Positions 39,636 through 50,432 of a stretch of DNA of 64,000 nucleotides are shown piece by piece. The position numbers were made by a program, and so were the translations under genes. The notes below the pieces were generated by a model. The model made no database searches. It had not been told where the DNA came from and saw nothing but the letters and a program-made list of their open reading frames with translations. The first letter of the stretch is position 1, and every line of letters begins with the position of its first letter. The DNA is from an uncultured Acidobacteriota bacterium (GTDB lineage Bacteria; Acidobacteriota; Thermoanaerobaculia; Gp7-AA8), in contig CAVTGG010000002.1 of the NCBI GenBank assembly GCA_963734155.1, forward strand, positions 86,615 through 150,614, read 5' to 3'.

Positions 39636-40381
39636 AGCTCCACTCGCTCGAGCCGGCGAAGCTGCAAGCGCTCTGCCGCGCTCTCGCCGGCGACCGAGAT
39701 CTCGACGCAGCCCGTCGAGCCGACGATGAGAAACGGCCCCGGTCCCGCGTCGCCGTAGTTGGTCTCGATGCGATCAATGACGATGCCGTGCACGTGCAGC
39801 ACGAACGCGCCGTACGGCATGCGCGCGCGTTCGACATCGGTGATCGCGTTGCCGAAGCGATCGATGCCGACGATCGTGCCGTACGTCCTCTCGCCGTACT
39901 CGGGCGGCGTGTAGACCAGCGTGCGGATGCGATCGAGACGCGGGCCAACCTCCGCGAGCGGCAACCCGTTCGCGAGCGCCGCGGCCACGGGAGCGAAGCG
40001 ATCGCGCCCGTGGAAGGTGTTGCTGCTGTTTGGGAGGAAGAGGGACTCGTTTTCGACGGAGTAGTGCGCGCCTCCGGCGCGCCTCACAAACGTCAGCAAT
40101 CCATTATCCGGCGTCAGAAAAATCTTCCCGCCGCTTTCGAGCGCCACGATCTTCCGATCCGTCCCCACGCCCGGATCGATCACGCAGACGAAGATCGTCC
40201 CCTCCGGCCAGTACGCCGCGGCCGTCTTCAGAAACCACGCCGCCTCGGCGACGTCATACGGCGCGATCTCGTGCGTGAGATCGAAGAGCGGCGCGCTCGT
40301 GCGCGACGCGATCACGCCCTTCATCACCGCGACGTACGGATCGCGCGTGCCGAAGTCCGTCATCAGGGCGATCGCGCGCAT
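39602..40381 (-). CDS. SAM hydroxide adenosyltransferase family protein (DUF62, chlorinase/fluorinase-like)
   Basis: It reads MRAIALMTDFGTRDPYVAVMKGVI.. from ATG 40381. The ORF-track start 40429 adds an unlikely Arg-rich leader. Confidence 0.75.
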   Translation of the reverse strand: MRAIALMTDFGTRDPYVAVMKGVIASRTSAPLFDLTHEIAPYDVAEAAWFLKTAAAYWPEGTIFVCVIDPGVGTDRKIVALESGGKIFLTPDNGLLTFVRRAGGAHYSVENESLFLPNSSNTFHGRDRFAPVAAALANGLPLAEVGPRLDRIRTLVYTPPEYGERTYGTIVGIDRFGNAITDVERARMPYGAFVLHVHGIVIDRIETNYGDAGPGPFLIVGSTGCVEISVAGESAAERLQLRRLERVELWRSDSGSSHA

Positions 40382-40404
40382 GGCGCGAACTATACTCGGC
40401 GCTC

Positions 40405-41055
40405 GTGTTCGCGATCGTCCCACCGCCAACGCAACGACTGCTCGTCTTCGCGCGACTGCCGGAGCTCGGCCAGGTGAAGACGCGCCTCGCCGCGGCGATC
40501 GGCGACGAGCGCGCGCTCGCGGTCTACGAGGCCATGCTGCGCGAGCTGATCGGCTCGATCGGCGACTCGACGCCCGACACCGAGATCGAGTTCCTCTGGG
40601 CGCCGACGCCGGGCGCGAACGGCGAAGCGCTGCGGCGCGCGTTCGCGCATCACGCCGTTGCGATGCAGACTGGCCGCGATCTCAGCGAGCGGTTGTCGAT
40701 GGCGTTCTCCGAGCGCTTCTTTTTTCACCGCACCGAAAAAATCATCGCCATCGGCGTCGACGATCCGGCACTGCCGCGCGAGCTGATCGATCACGCGTTC
40801 GCGTTGCTCGACTCGTGCGAGTACGTGATCGGCCCCGCGGCCGACGGCGGCTACTACCTCATCGGTTGCCGCGCCGGCGTATTCGACCCCGAGGTCTTTG
40901 AGGGGATCGAGTGGGGCACGGCGAGCGTGCTGCCGAGCACGCTCGAGAAAATCCGCGCGACGGGCCGCTCGCTCGCGGTGCTGCCGGAGCGATACGACAT
41001 TGATACAGTGGAGGACCTCGAGCGATTCGAAGCGGAGGGTCATTCGCTGCGATGA
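40405..41055 (+). CDS. DUF2064 / TIGR04282-type glycosyltransferase-like protein
   Basis: It has a GTG start and reads LLVFARLPELGQVKTRLAAAIGDERALAVYEAML..., ..GPAADGGYYLIG... It has a 4-nt overlap with nnr. Confidence 0.65.
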   Translation: MFAIVPPPTQRLLVFARLPELGQVKTRLAAAIGDERALAVYEAMLRELIGSIGDSTPDTEIEFLWAPTPGANGEALRRAFAHHAVAMQTGRDLSERLSMAFSERFFFHRTEKIIAIGVDDPALPRELIDHAFALLDSCEYVIGPAADGGYYLIGCRAGVFDPEVFEGIEWGTASVLPSTLEKIRATGRSLAVLPERYDIDTVEDLERFEAEGHSLR

Positions 41056-42518
41056 AAATCCTGACCGCCGAGCAGATGCGCAACATCGACCGCCGCGCCA
41101 TCGAGCGCTTCGGCGTGCCGTCGATCGTGCTGATGGAGAACGCCGCGATCGCGGTGGTCGACGCGATCTTCGCGCACTATCCGAACAGCGAGCGGGTAGC
41201 GATCGTCTGCGGCATCGGGCAGAACGGCGGCGACGGCTTCGCGGTGGCGCGCCATCTCGAGAATCGCGGCGTCGTGCCGGTCGTGATCCTGATCGGCGAC
41301 CGCGCGAAGATTTCCGGCGACTCGCTGACCAATCTCCTCATCTGCGAGCGCCTCGGCATCCCGATCTACGACGAGCTCGCCCACGCCGCGGACGCCGATC
41401 TCCTCGTCGACGCCCTCTTCGGCACCGGCCTCAATCGCGCGCCGTCCGGCGTCTATGCGGACGTCCTCCGCGACATCGCCGAGCTGCGCATCCCGGTCCT
41501 CGCAATCGATCTTCCGAGCGGCGCGAACGCATCCTCGGGCGTGCCGTTCGAGCCGTGCGTGCAGGCGGAAGTGACCGTCACGTTCGCCGCGCCGAAGGTC
41601 TGCCACATCTTCGAGCCGGCCGCGCTCTACTGCGGCGAAGTGATCGTGGCCGACATTTCGATTCCCGACGTCGCCGTCGACGAAGAAGCGGTGACGCTCG
41701 CGCTGATCACGCCGAAGAGCATCCAGCCGCACATCGCGCCGCGGCTCGCCGCGACGCACAAAGGGACATACGGCCACGTCGCCGCCATCGCCGGCTCACC
41801 GGGACGCAGCGGCGCGGCGGTGATGTGCGCGCGCGGCGCGATCCGCGCGGGCGCGGGGCTCGTGACCGTGATCACGGATGAGATGACGGCGAAGCTGGTG
41901 CATGTCGGGTGCATCGAGGCGATGACGGATTCAACGCTCCCGGCGCAATCGAAGGCAGTTCTCATTGGTCCCGGTCTGGCCGACAACGACGAGTCCTACG
42001 CGAACATCCGCGAGCAAATCGCGTCGATCGACCTCCCGATGATCATCGACGCCTCGGCGCTCAACGCGTTTGCGTCTCGCGCAAACGAGCTCAATCCGCG
42101 CGGGCTGCCGCGCGTCATCACGCCGCATCCCGGCGAGCTGGCGCGCATCATGGGCAGCGACACGACCTCGATCAACGCCGATCGCATCACCGCCGCGCGC
42201 GACGCGGCGCGCACGTGCAACTGCGTCGTCGTGCTCAAGGGACATCAGACGCTCGTCGCCGAGCCGGACGGGCACGTCTGGGTCAATCCCACCGGCAATC
42301 CCGGCATGGCCACGGGCGGCATGGGCGACGTGCTCTCCGGCGTCGTCGCCGCGCTGCTCGCGCGCGGCACCGATCCGCTCGATGCCGCGTGCACGGCCGT
42401 CTATCTGCACGGCCTCGCGGGCGATCTGCTCAAGGAGGAGATCGGCGACATCGGCCTCGCTGCCACCGAAGTCGCCGACCGGATTCCTCGCGCGATTCAG
42501 CGCGCACGGGCGCTGTAG
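41052..42518 (+). CDS. nnr: Bifunctional NAD(P)H-hydrate repair enzyme (epimerase/dehydratase)
   Basis: It has an N-terminal YjeF_N domain (GIGQNGGDGFAVARHL) and a C-terminal carbohydrate-kinase-like domain (THKGTYGHVAAIAGS, GNPGMATGGMGDVLSG). Confidence 0.85.
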   Translation: MKILTAEQMRNIDRRAIERFGVPSIVLMENAAIAVVDAIFAHYPNSERVAIVCGIGQNGGDGFAVARHLENRGVVPVVILIGDRAKISGDSLTNLLICERLGIPIYDELAHAADADLLVDALFGTGLNRAPSGVYADVLRDIAELRIPVLAIDLPSGANASSGVPFEPCVQAEVTVTFAAPKVCHIFEPAALYCGEVIVADISIPDVAVDEEAVTLALITPKSIQPHIAPRLAATHKGTYGHVAAIAGSPGRSGAAVMCARGAIRAGAGLVTVITDEMTAKLVHVGCIEAMTDSTLPAQSKAVLIGPGLADNDESYANIREQIASIDLPMIIDASALNAFASRANELNPRGLPRVITPHPGELARIMGSDTTSINADRITAARDAARTCNCVVVLKGHQTLVAEPDGHVWVNPTGNPGMATGGMGDVLSGVVAALLARGTDPLDAACTAVYLHGLAGDLLKEEIGDIGLAATEVADRIPRAIQRARAL

Positions 42519-42614
42519 CGGAACGCCGGCATCCTCGCCGGCTGATCAGGCGGCGTCCCGCCACCTCGGGAAGCGAGACGCTTCCCGACCAGCCGGCGAG
42601 ACGCCGGCGTTCCG
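42519..42614. repeat. Dispersed GC-rich structured repeat, copy B (26/25-nt inverted arms flanking an inner 8-bp hairpin 42568..42586)
   Basis: The arms are cggaacgccggcatcctcgccggctg (42519..42544) and cagccggcgagacgccggcgttccg (42590..42614). It fills the convergent nnr/metallopeptidase spacer exactly. Confidence 0.7.
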
Positions 42615-42620
42615 AAATGC

Positions 42621-43544
42621 TCAGCGCGCGCGCAGCTTCTGAATCTGCTTCGCCGCCTCGCGGAACTGATCGATGCCGAAGTACGCCGGCGGACGCGGCG
42701 CCGCCATCGCCGACTCCAGCGGGCTCGCGACTTCGAGCGCCGCCGCCTTGACGGCCTGCTGCTTCGGATACATCTCGGCGATGAACTTCTTGTCCTGCTC
42801 CGAGAGATCGGTGTTGTTCCGCGTCGCTCGTCCGGTCGCGATCAACGCGGCCGGGAACGCGTAGAGCATGATCGACTTCGCGTCGAAGTCGGTGGCGTTG
42901 AGCTGATCGACGCTGTACTTCTGCACGATGTTGAAGTCGATCGTGGCCTTGCTCCAGGAGTTCGGCGGACCGCTGAACACGCGATAGACCTCAGCGAGAT
43001 TCCACTTGATGCCGCTCTTCGGATTCTGATGCTCGTGAATCGCGCTGAGCGCGTGCCCGAACTCGTGCAGCACGACGCGGCGCCACTCGGTTTCCGCCGA
43101 GTCGTCGCGCAGCCAGCCGTAATTCATGGTCGGCTGAGTTTTCGGAAACGCGTTCGTGAGCAGGCTGTCCGTGCCGAGGGCTGACCAGGAGCCGGGCTGG
43201 CGGAAAGAGACGCGGATCTCCGCGTCCGCGCCGCCGTTGAAGTCGAGGCCGACGTTCGCGTACGGCAGCCACTGCTCGGCGTATTTCTGCACCAGCTTCT
43301 TCTGCTTCGCCGTGCCGTCGACGAATTTGATGCGCAGCTTGCGTCCGTTGTTCCAGCGCTTCGGAGTGGCCAGGGCCATCTCCAGCGGATGCACCGGCGC
43401 GCCGGGACGCATGATCAGCGGCGGCGGCTCGTTGTCGTTGTTCTCGCTCATCGCCAGCACCGCCGCGTCCATCGCGTTCTCGGTCGGAACAGTACGATCC
43501 ACACACAACCTCAAGTCATTGAGATCCGGTTTTTTGCGCGCCAT
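42621..43544 (-). CDS. Metzincin zinc metallopeptidase (astacin-like M12 type)
   Basis: It has VVLHEFGHALSAIHEHQNP (HExxHxxxxxH) and a downstream Met-turn AKSIMLY. No obvious signal peptide was seen. Confidence 0.7.
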   Translation of the reverse strand: MARKKPDLNDLRLCVDRTVPTENAMDAAVLAMSENNDNEPPPLIMRPGAPVHPLEMALATPKRWNNGRKLRIKFVDGTAKQKKLVQKYAEQWLPYANVGLDFNGGADAEIRVSFRQPGSWSALGTDSLLTNAFPKTQPTMNYGWLRDDSAETEWRRVVLHEFGHALSAIHEHQNPKSGIKWNLAEVYRVFSGPPNSWSKATIDFNIVQKYSVDQLNATDFDAKSIMLYAFPAALIATGRATRNNTDLSEQDKKFIAEMYPKQQAVKAAALEVASPLESAMAAPRPPAYFGIDQFREAAKQIQKLRAR

Positions 43545-43596
43545 GCAACGCCTCCTTGTTGGTTAGGGACTGGATTGTGCGCCTAAAATCCGCGCC

Positions 43597-44028
43597 ATGC
43601 ATTACGTTTGTGCGGCCGAGATTGATACCGAGCACGCCGGGCGCGAGATCGCGCGAACGCTCGCTCCCGATGCCGTCGTGCACCTGGTCGGAGACCTCGG
43701 CGCGGGCAAGACATTTCTCGCCCGTGCCATCGCCGCGGAGCTCGGCGCCGACCCGCACGAAGTCGCCTCGCCGACGTTCGCCATCGTGCACGAATACCCG
43801 CGCCGCGGCGCCCCGCCCATCATTCACATCGACGGCTATCGCCTCTCCGAAAGCCGCCGCGAGTGGCTGGAGATCGGCATCCCCGAGCTCCTCGCCGGCC
43901 CGGGCGTGAAGCTGATCGAATGGCCGAAGCGCGCGTTCGAAGAGTTCGAAGACGCGCACGTCGAGGTGGCGATTCGCGTGCGCGAGGACGGAGCGCGCGA
44001 GATCGACGTCGATCATGGCCACCTCTGA
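43597..44028 (+). CDS. tsaE: tRNA t6A37 biosynthesis ATPase TsaE
   Basis: It is 143 aa with GDLGAGKTFLARAIAAELG, SPTFAIVHEY and HIDGYRL. Confidence 0.85.
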   Translation: MHYVCAAEIDTEHAGREIARTLAPDAVVHLVGDLGAGKTFLARAIAAELGADPHEVASPTFAIVHEYPRRGAPPIIHIDGYRLSESRREWLEIGIPELLAGPGVKLIEWPKRAFEEFEDAHVEVAIRVREDGAREIDVDHGHL

Positions 44029-45562
44029 ACGCGGAATGTGTTGCGCGCCGGCAGGCCCGCCCAGCTCGGCGCCTCGAACGCGGGAATCGTTCCGGCGCTG
44101 TTGCTGACATTCGTGATGTGAAACGAGTGCTCGTTCCAGCAGCTCGCGACGTTTCCGATGTCGGGATCGTCGAAGATGCGCACGCCCTTCTGCAGTCCAC
44201 CCCAGATGTTGTTCGAGACCACGATCAGGCTTCCCCGTGACATCAGACACGTCGGTGTCGGAAGAGGACCGGTATCGAAGGACGCGATGACGGGGCCTTC
44301 GATCGCGGTCGCGCTGCTTTGAGGAAGGGTCTGAATCACGGCGCCGGTCGTGGCATTGAAGACGCGGATCAGCACCTGATCGGCGTACACGATGCGCGGG
44401 CCGCCCGGACCGTTGTAGAGCGTCGACGTCGTCTGGCCGCCGGCATCGGCTGTCGGCATGGACCAGACTTGCGTGATCGTGCCGGCGTTGTATTTGAAGA
44501 GCGTGTAGCGGTTGCAGCTCGCCACACCGATCTCCGGTCCCGGAAGACCGCCCGCGTCTCCGATCATCGGCGGGCCGCCGCATTCGGGTTCGGAAGGCCG
44601 GGGCTGGGAATCGCCGTGGACGGCCAGCACCGCGCCGTTGTTGCGCAACACGAAAAGCGTCGAAGTCATCGTGTCGGTCACGACGATCTCGGGTCCGAAC
44701 GAATTCGGATCGAGCTCCGCGACCGCGGGGTAGACGAGCGGCGCGCTGAGATTGCTGATCTGCGGCACGATGATCGGCGCGACAGGTCCCGTCCAGTTGT
44801 TCGGCGTGCTGGACGCATAAATGCCGCGGCCGGTGATCACCTGCGGAAGCTGCTGGCCGAGCACGTTCGCGACGATCGCCGTGCGCGAGCGCGGCGCGGA
44901 CACGCCGCCTGTATAGCGAAGCGACCCGTTCGCGTTGAAGACCTTGTTGTCGATGACGATCTCGGACGGATTGACGATCGAAGACGCATCGAGTTGCGCG
45001 ATGGCGGAAGCGGAGGTCGGGATGAAATCCGCGGCCGGCAGCGCCGTCGCGCTGCTCACCCATTTCGGCATGATGCAATTTCCGGCGAGATTGAACGCCG
45101 CGAGCTGTTTGTGATTCGGCGATCCGCCGCCGATGACGGCGATGATCTCCGCGGTGCCGGCGTTGTCGATGTTCCCCGCGGCGATACCGGACAGCGGCGC
45201 AAGATCCGGTACGACGACCGAAATTCCGGCGGCGCGTTCGCGATCGGCGAAAACGCACACGCGGAATTGCCGGGATCGGAAATCGCGCGATCTCTACGCA
45301 TTGCCGGATTGATGATGCGCAGGACGCCGCCACTGTCCTGATTGCTCTGATTGTTGTTCTCGAAACTGATGAACGCGACCTGCGCAAATCCGCCTGGCGC
45401 TCCGAAATTGAGCACGACCGGTGTGGCCATCACCTGCACGGAGCTCGGAAAAACAGCCGGCGGCAACGCTCCCCAGTTGCAGCGCAACGTGAGCGCGCCG
45501 TGTGCCGGCGAAGCCGCCGCAAGGCTCGCGAAGAGAACAACCCAAAGGACGATCGAGCGCAT
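44013..45562 (-). CDS. Secreted FG-GAP/beta-propeller-like repeat protein, apparent -1 frameshift near 45255-45265
   Basis: The signal peptide MRSIVLWVVLFASLAAASPAHG lies in ORF 45056..45562 and the body in ORF 44013..45260. FG-GAP-like motifs are AAGNIDNAGTAEIIAV, VAELDPNSFGPEIVV and GDAGGLPGPEIGV. The junction is not resolved precisely. Confidence 0.5.
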
Positions 45563-45609
45563 ACTGCCTCCCTCGTCCTGATAGTGATGTTCGGGTCGCG
45601 ATCGTTACA

Positions 45610-47103
45610 CTATTTCTCTGCTCGCGCGCTCAGCGCCATCGCGTTCTTCCGTCCCGGCGCGTCGTGCAGCACGCGCTTCGCCTCCGCGAGCGCGTCGTCG
45701 CGCTTGCCGGCGTCGAACAGCATCTCCGACAGCAGCTCGCGCGCGGGGATCAGCGCGCCCGGCGTCACGGGATGCTTTTCCGTCGACGACTCGAGATCGG
45801 CACTCGCGCGCATCAGCTTCAGCGCGTCTTCGTCCTTGCTCTCCGCGTGCGCGATCCATGCGGCGACCGAGAGGCGCTGAATCTCGACGCGATCGGCCCA
45901 CTCGGCATTCTTCTGCTCGACGAGCGTCTTCTGAATCGCCGCCAGCCGCGCCAGCGCGTCGCGCGCGATATCGAGCTGGTTCGAGCGCGCCGCGCCGATG
46001 CCGCGCGCGAAGTGAATGTTCGCCTCCGCGTACGGGACTTTGCTCCAGTCGATGATCGCCGGCACCTTCAACGCCGCCGCTTCTTTCCACTGGCGCCGCT
46101 CCAGCGCGTAGCGCGCCGGCGCCGCGCTGATGGCGTGCGCCGCCGCGAACTGATTCGGGTTGTCGACTTGTGTCACGGCGTTGACCTGATCGACGAGCTT
46201 CTTCGCCGCGGCGAGGTCGCCTTTCTGGAGATAGGCGTAGACGAGGTAATCGACGGCGTGCAGCTCATCGAATGCGGTCGTGCCCTTCGGCGCGTGCGCG
46301 TGCGCTTTCGCGGCCGAGGCGAGGTTGGATGTGATCGACTCGTCCCAGAGACCGAGGCGCGTGAAGATGTGCGACGGCATGTGCAGCGCGTGCGGCGAGC
46401 CGGGCGCGAGCTTCGCGTAGACGCGCGCCGCCGGCAGCGCGAGCTCGGCGAGATCGGGATAGTCGAAGCTGTGAATCAGATAGTGGGCGATGCCCGGATG
46501 CTCGGGCTCCTCGGGCAGGATGCGATTCAGAATCGCCGCCGCCTCTTTCTGCTTCGCGTACGTTTTGTCCTTCGGCGACGCGATGCCGAGGAGCGAGAGC
46601 GCGTGGAAGATCTGCGCCTCGCGGTCTTTCGGATAGTCGCTCGCGAGCTTCGCCATCGCGCTCTCGTACGCGCGCATGCGCGCCGGGTGGTCGCCGGTAT
46701 CGGAGTAATACGTGCGGATCGCGGCGATGTACGCCTTCTCGCGATCTGTCTTCGCGCTGGCTTTTTCCGCCGCCTCTTTGCCGCGCTGGAACTCGTCCGG
46801 CGTCGGCGGCGCCCAGATCGGATGCAGGTTCGCCATCGCCGCGCCCCACCACGCCATCCCGCAATCGGCGTTCGCTTCCGCCGTGGCGCGGAACACCTTC
46901 TCCGCCGGCGCGTACCAGAACGAATGCATCAGCGCGAGCCCGCGATCGACTTCCTTCTGCGCGGCCTCGCCGCACGAGGTCTCGATGTGCGCCTTGCCGG
47001 TGTTGCCGAGGTCGTGATGGGCGTGGTCGTGATCGGCGTGGTCGTGATCGGCGTGGTCGTGATCGGCGAAAGCAAGGAACGCGAGCAATGCGAGCGTTTG
47101 CAT
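45610..47103 (-). CDS. Secreted His-rich protein with helical (TPR-like) body
   Basis: The signal peptide MQTLALLAFLAF is followed by ADHDH ADHDH ADHDH AHHDL. The rest is helical repeat-like, and no family was recognised. Confidence 0.55.
   Translation of the reverse strand: MQTLALLAFLAFADHDHADHDHADHDHAHHDLGNTGKAHIETSCGEAAQKEVDRGLALMHSFWYAPAEKVFRATAEANADCGMAWWGAAMANLHPIWAPPTPDEFQRGKEAAEKASAKTDREKAYIAAIRTYYSDTGDHPARMRAYESAMAKLASDYPKDREAQIFHALSLLGIASPKDKTYAKQKEAAAILNRILPEEPEHPGIAHYLIHSFDYPDLAELALPAARVYAKLAPGSPHALHMPSHIFTRLGLWDESITSNLASAAKAHAHAPKGTTAFDELHAVDYLVYAYLQKGDLAAAKKLVDQVNAVTQVDNPNQFAAAHAISAAPARYALERRQWKEAAALKVPAIIDWSKVPYAEANIHFARGIGAARSNQLDIARDALARLAAIQKTLVEQKNAEWADRVEIQRLSVAAWIAHAESKDEDALKLMRASADLESSTEKHPVTPGALIPARELLSEMLFDAGKRDDALAEAKRVLHDAPGRKNAMALSARAEK
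47008..47067. repeat. 15-bp tandem repeat gtggtcgtgatcggc x3 perfect (47023..47067) plus one degenerate copy (47008..47022)
   Basis: Seen directly. It encodes (ADHDH)3 on the minus strand. Confidence 0.9.
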
Positions 47104-47121
47104 GGCGTTAGCGTACTCCCG

Positions 47122-48057
47122 TTAGATCGCGCGGGAGCCCTTCTGATAGACCGCGGACACTTTGCCGTCCGTGAAAAAGACGTCGATCTTCAGCTCGGGA
47201 TACGACCAGCGCTCCTTGCCGTCCTTGTTCGAGATTTCCGGCTCGAGCGGCTCCAGATGCTTGCGTACCTGATCGGGGGTCATGCCGAGTTTCATGGTCA
47301 TGGCGAGGACGATTGAATTCATCCCTTCGGCCGGGTTCGCGACGGTGGCGTCGGCATTGAGCGGAGAACCGGTGAGCGCATACCGGGCGACGATCGCGCC
47401 GGTGCTGCTGTCCCAAACCCAGATGCCGCGCACCTTGCCGGAGACGGCGTGCTCGACCACGCGATGCTCGGCGGGATTGTCGATCGTGGCCGTGCTGGTC
47501 TTCACGCCGGTCGCGTTGCGGAGCGACTCGAGGTCGTCTTTCATCAGTTTCGGCGCGCTGTTCGGTCCGAGCTCCACCACGGCGAAGGACCGAAGCCGAT
47601 CCTTCGCCTCGGCGGCGACCGGCACGGTGAGCTCCAGCGTTCTCCCCAGAGTCTTATTCGGCACGCGAATGCCCCAGCGGTGCGTTTCGGTCGTGTTCAC
47701 GGTCACGACCGCGCCGAACGCCGTCTGGCCGAGAAACGAGCCCTTTCCTTCGGAGTCGGACGCGAGCGTCAACAGCGACTCGTCGCGCAGGTCGGTCCTC
47801 CCCTCGCGCATCGATTCGAGCACGAACGTCAGCTTCGTTCCTCCCTTTGCTTCATCAGGGCGCACCATCAGCGGATCGATCGAGAAAACATACAGACCCG
47901 CGGCCGGCGGCGTGCTTGAAGAAAGCGCCTTGTACACCTCGCCGAAGTTGGCGGGCTTGAAGTCCTTCGGCAGCGACTGCACCTTGACGTCGAACTGTTG
48001 TGCGAACAGAGGGAGGGCGAGGAGAGCGGCCGCCGCCGCGGTGAGGAACGTGCGCAT
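47122..48057 (-). CDS. Secreted hypothetical protein
   Basis: I prefer ATG 48057, which gives the signal peptide [21 protein letters not shown]. The ORF-track start 48180 would overlap the purL start region. Confidence 0.5.
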   Translation of the reverse strand: MRTFLTAAAAALLALPLFAQQFDVKVQSLPKDFKPANFGEVYKALSSSTPPAAGLYVFSIDPLMVRPDEAKGGTKLTFVLESMREGRTDLRDESLLTLASDSEGKGSFLGQTAFGAVVTVNTTETHRWGIRVPNKTLGRTLELTVPVAAEAKDRLRSFAVVELGPNSAPKLMKDDLESLRNATGVKTSTATIDNPAEHRVVEHAVSGKVRGIWVWDSSTGAIVARYALTGSPLNADATVANPAEGMNSIVLAMTMKLGMTPDQVRKHLEPLEPEISNKDGKERWSYPELKIDVFFTDGKVSAVYQKGSRAI

Positions 48058-48100
48058 GATGGCGCGTAGAACCTTCGCCGCCGCCGATACAATCCACGCC

Positions 48101-50332
48101 ATGCAGGAGCCGCAAATCACGCCCGAGCTCATCGCTTCCCACGGTCTCACGCCCGACGAATACCAGCGCATCGTCGGCATCCTCGGCCGCGCGCCGAATT
48201 ACACCGAGCTCGGCATCTTTTCGGTGATGTGGTCGGAGCACTGTTCGTACAAATCGTCGCGCGTGCATCTGCGCAACTTCCCGACGAGCGGGCCGCGCCA
48301 GGCGGGCTCGCCGGGGTCAGTGGTGCAGGGCCCGGGCGAGAACGCGGGCGTGATCGACATCGGCGACGGGTGGGTGGCGGCGTTCAAGATGGAGTCGCAC
48401 AACCATCCGTCGTTCATCGAGCCGTACCAGGGCGCGGCGACGGGCGTCGGCGGAATCCTGCGCGACATTTTCACGATGGGCGCGCGCCCGATCGCCTGCC
48501 TCGACTCGCTCCGCTTCGGCGAGCTCGACGCGCCGCGCATGAAGTACCTCGTCGACGGCGTCGTGCGCGGCATCGGCGGCTACGGCAACTGCATCGGCAT
48601 CCCCACCGTCGGCGGCGAGACGTCGTTTCACTCGTCGTACAACGGCAACATCCTCGTCAACGTGTTCGCGTTGGGCGTGACGAAGCGCGAGAAGATTTTC
48701 AAAGGCACGGCGAGCGGCGTCGGCAATCCCGTGATCTACGTCGGCTCGAAGACGGGCCGCGACGGCATTCACGGCGCGACGATGGCCTCCGCGGAGTTCG
48801 ACGAAGCGTCGGAAGAAAAACGCCCGACCGTGCAGGTCGGCGATCCGTTCACGGAGAAGCTGCTGCTCGAGGCGTGTCTCGAGATCATGGACTCCGACGC
48901 AATCGTCGGCATCCAGGACATGGGCGCCGCGGGACTCACGTCGTCGTCGTTCGAGATGGCCGGCCGCGCGGGCACGGGGATCCGGCTGCAGCTCGACCGC
49001 GTGCCGGTGCGCGAGAGCGGCATGACGCCGTACGAGATCATGCTCAGCGAGTCGCAGGAGCGGATGCTGATCGTGGCCAAGCGCGGGCGCGAAGACGAGG
49101 TCGTGCGGACGTTCGAGAAGTGGGACCTCAACGCGTCGGTGATCGGCGAAGTGACGGAGACAGGCTTCGTCGGCGTGTACTGGGAAGAAGTGGAGATGGC
49201 GATGATTCCGGTCGATCCGGTGTCGACGCAGGCGCCGCTGTACGAGCGGCCGCTGGCGCGGCCTTCGATCACCCTCGAATCGACCGTTCCACGAGTGGAG
49301 AATCTCGATCATACCGACGCGCTCATGCGCCTCGTCGCCTCGCCGAATCTCTGCTCGAAGCATTGGATTTTCGAGCAGTACGACACGACCGTGCGCACGA
49401 ACACGGTCGCCGGTCCGGAGAAGCGCGACGCGGCGGTGATCCGCGTGAAGGAGATCGGACGCGCGCTCGCGATCACGTCGGATGTGAATCCGATCTATTG
49501 CTCGCTCGATCCGTACGAGGGCGGAAAACAGGCGGTCGCCGAAGCGGCGCGCAATGTCGCCGTTTCGGGCGCGAGGCCGGTGGCCATCACCGATTGTTTG
49601 AACTTCGGCTCGCCCGAGCGGCCGGAGATCATGTGGCAGTTCGCGGAGTGCATTCGCGGGATCAGCGACGCGTGCCGCGCGCTGGAAACGCCCGTCGTCT
49701 CCGGCAACGTTTCGTTCTACAACGAGACCGACGGACGCGCGATCCTTCCCACGCCGACCGTCGGCATGGTGGGCCTGATGGAGAGCGATCGCGATGGCTG
49801 CGGTCTTCACTTCGCCGACGCCGATCTCGACGTGATTCTCCTCGGCGAATCGCACGACGAGCTGGGCGGCTCCGAGTGGCAACAGCTGTTCGCGCCGAAC
49901 GTGACCGCCGCGCCGCCGCGCGTCGATCTCGCCCGCGAGAAATCACTGATCGAGCTGCTGCTGGCGCTGCACGACGCGAAGCTGCTGCGGAGCGCGCACG
50001 ACATTTCGAACGGCGGCCTCGCCGTCGCGCTCGCGGAGATGTCGGCGGGCGGCATCGGATGTCATGTCAACCTCGCCGTCGATTTGGACGCCGTTGCGCT
50101 GCTCTTCGGCGAGTCGCAGGGCCGCGCCGTCGTCGCGTGCAACGACGCGGCGCGTGTTCTCGAGCTTGCGAACCAGCACGGCGTTCCTGCGCAACGCATC
50201 GGCCACACCGCACACGGCGTGTTTCTCATCGAGCGCAACGGCGTTCCGCTCGTGCGCGCGACCGCACAGGAGCTGACGCGAATCTGGCGCAGCGCGTTCG
50301 AGCTGCTCCTCGGCGGGGTGGTGGCGCACTAG
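48101..50332 (+). CDS. purL: Phosphoribosylformylglycinamidine synthase subunit PurL
   Basis: It starts [53 protein letters not shown] at ATG 48101 and is 743 aa. The 1016-aa ORF-track call is a 5' run-on. Confidence 0.9.
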   Translation: MQEPQITPELIASHGLTPDEYQRIVGILGRAPNYTELGIFSVMWSEHCSYKSSRVHLRNFPTSGPRQAGSPGSVVQGPGENAGVIDIGDGWVAAFKMESHNHPSFIEPYQGAATGVGGILRDIFTMGARPIACLDSLRFGELDAPRMKYLVDGVVRGIGGYGNCIGIPTVGGETSFHSSYNGNILVNVFALGVTKREKIFKGTASGVGNPVIYVGSKTGRDGIHGATMASAEFDEASEEKRPTVQVGDPFTEKLLLEACLEIMDSDAIVGIQDMGAAGLTSSSFEMAGRAGTGIRLQLDRVPVRESGMTPYEIMLSESQERMLIVAKRGREDEVVRTFEKWDLNASVIGEVTETGFVGVYWEEVEMAMIPVDPVSTQAPLYERPLARPSITLESTVPRVENLDHTDALMRLVASPNLCSKHWIFEQYDTTVRTNTVAGPEKRDAAVIRVKEIGRALAITSDVNPIYCSLDPYEGGKQAVAEAARNVAVSGARPVAITDCLNFGSPERPEIMWQFAECIRGISDACRALETPVVSGNVSFYNETDGRAILPTPTVGMVGLMESDRDGCGLHFADADLDVILLGESHDELGGSEWQQLFAPNVTAAPPRVDLAREKSLIELLLALHDAKLLRSAHDISNGGLAVALAEMSAGGIGCHVNLAVDLDAVALLFGESQGRAVVACNDAARVLELANQHGVPAQRIGHTAHGVFLIERNGVPLVRATAQELTRIWRSAFELLLGGVVAH

Positions 50333-50344
50333 CTAGCGCGTCCC

Positions 50345-50425
50345 TCGGCGCCGAGGACGGCGGCGTTCCGACCACTTGGGAACGCCGGCGTCTCGCCGGC
50401 TGGCCCGGCGGCGTCCTCGCCGCCG
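50345..50425. repeat. Dispersed GC-rich structured repeat, copy C
   Basis: ggaacgccggcgtctcgccggctgg (50379..50403) is the exact reverse complement of 42589..42613. The adjacent arm ccgaggacggcggcgttccg forms a hairpin with it. It lies between the convergent purL and serine-hydrolase genes. Confidence 0.7.
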
Positions 50426-50432
50426 CGTCCAA

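Noticed and set aside
47282-48100. The 1016-aa ORF-track version of purL, which starts at 47282.
   Set aside because: The canonical PurL N-terminus ([21 protein letters not shown]) begins at ATG 48101. The upstream 273 codons overlap a minus-strand secreted-protein gene and look like shadow sequence.
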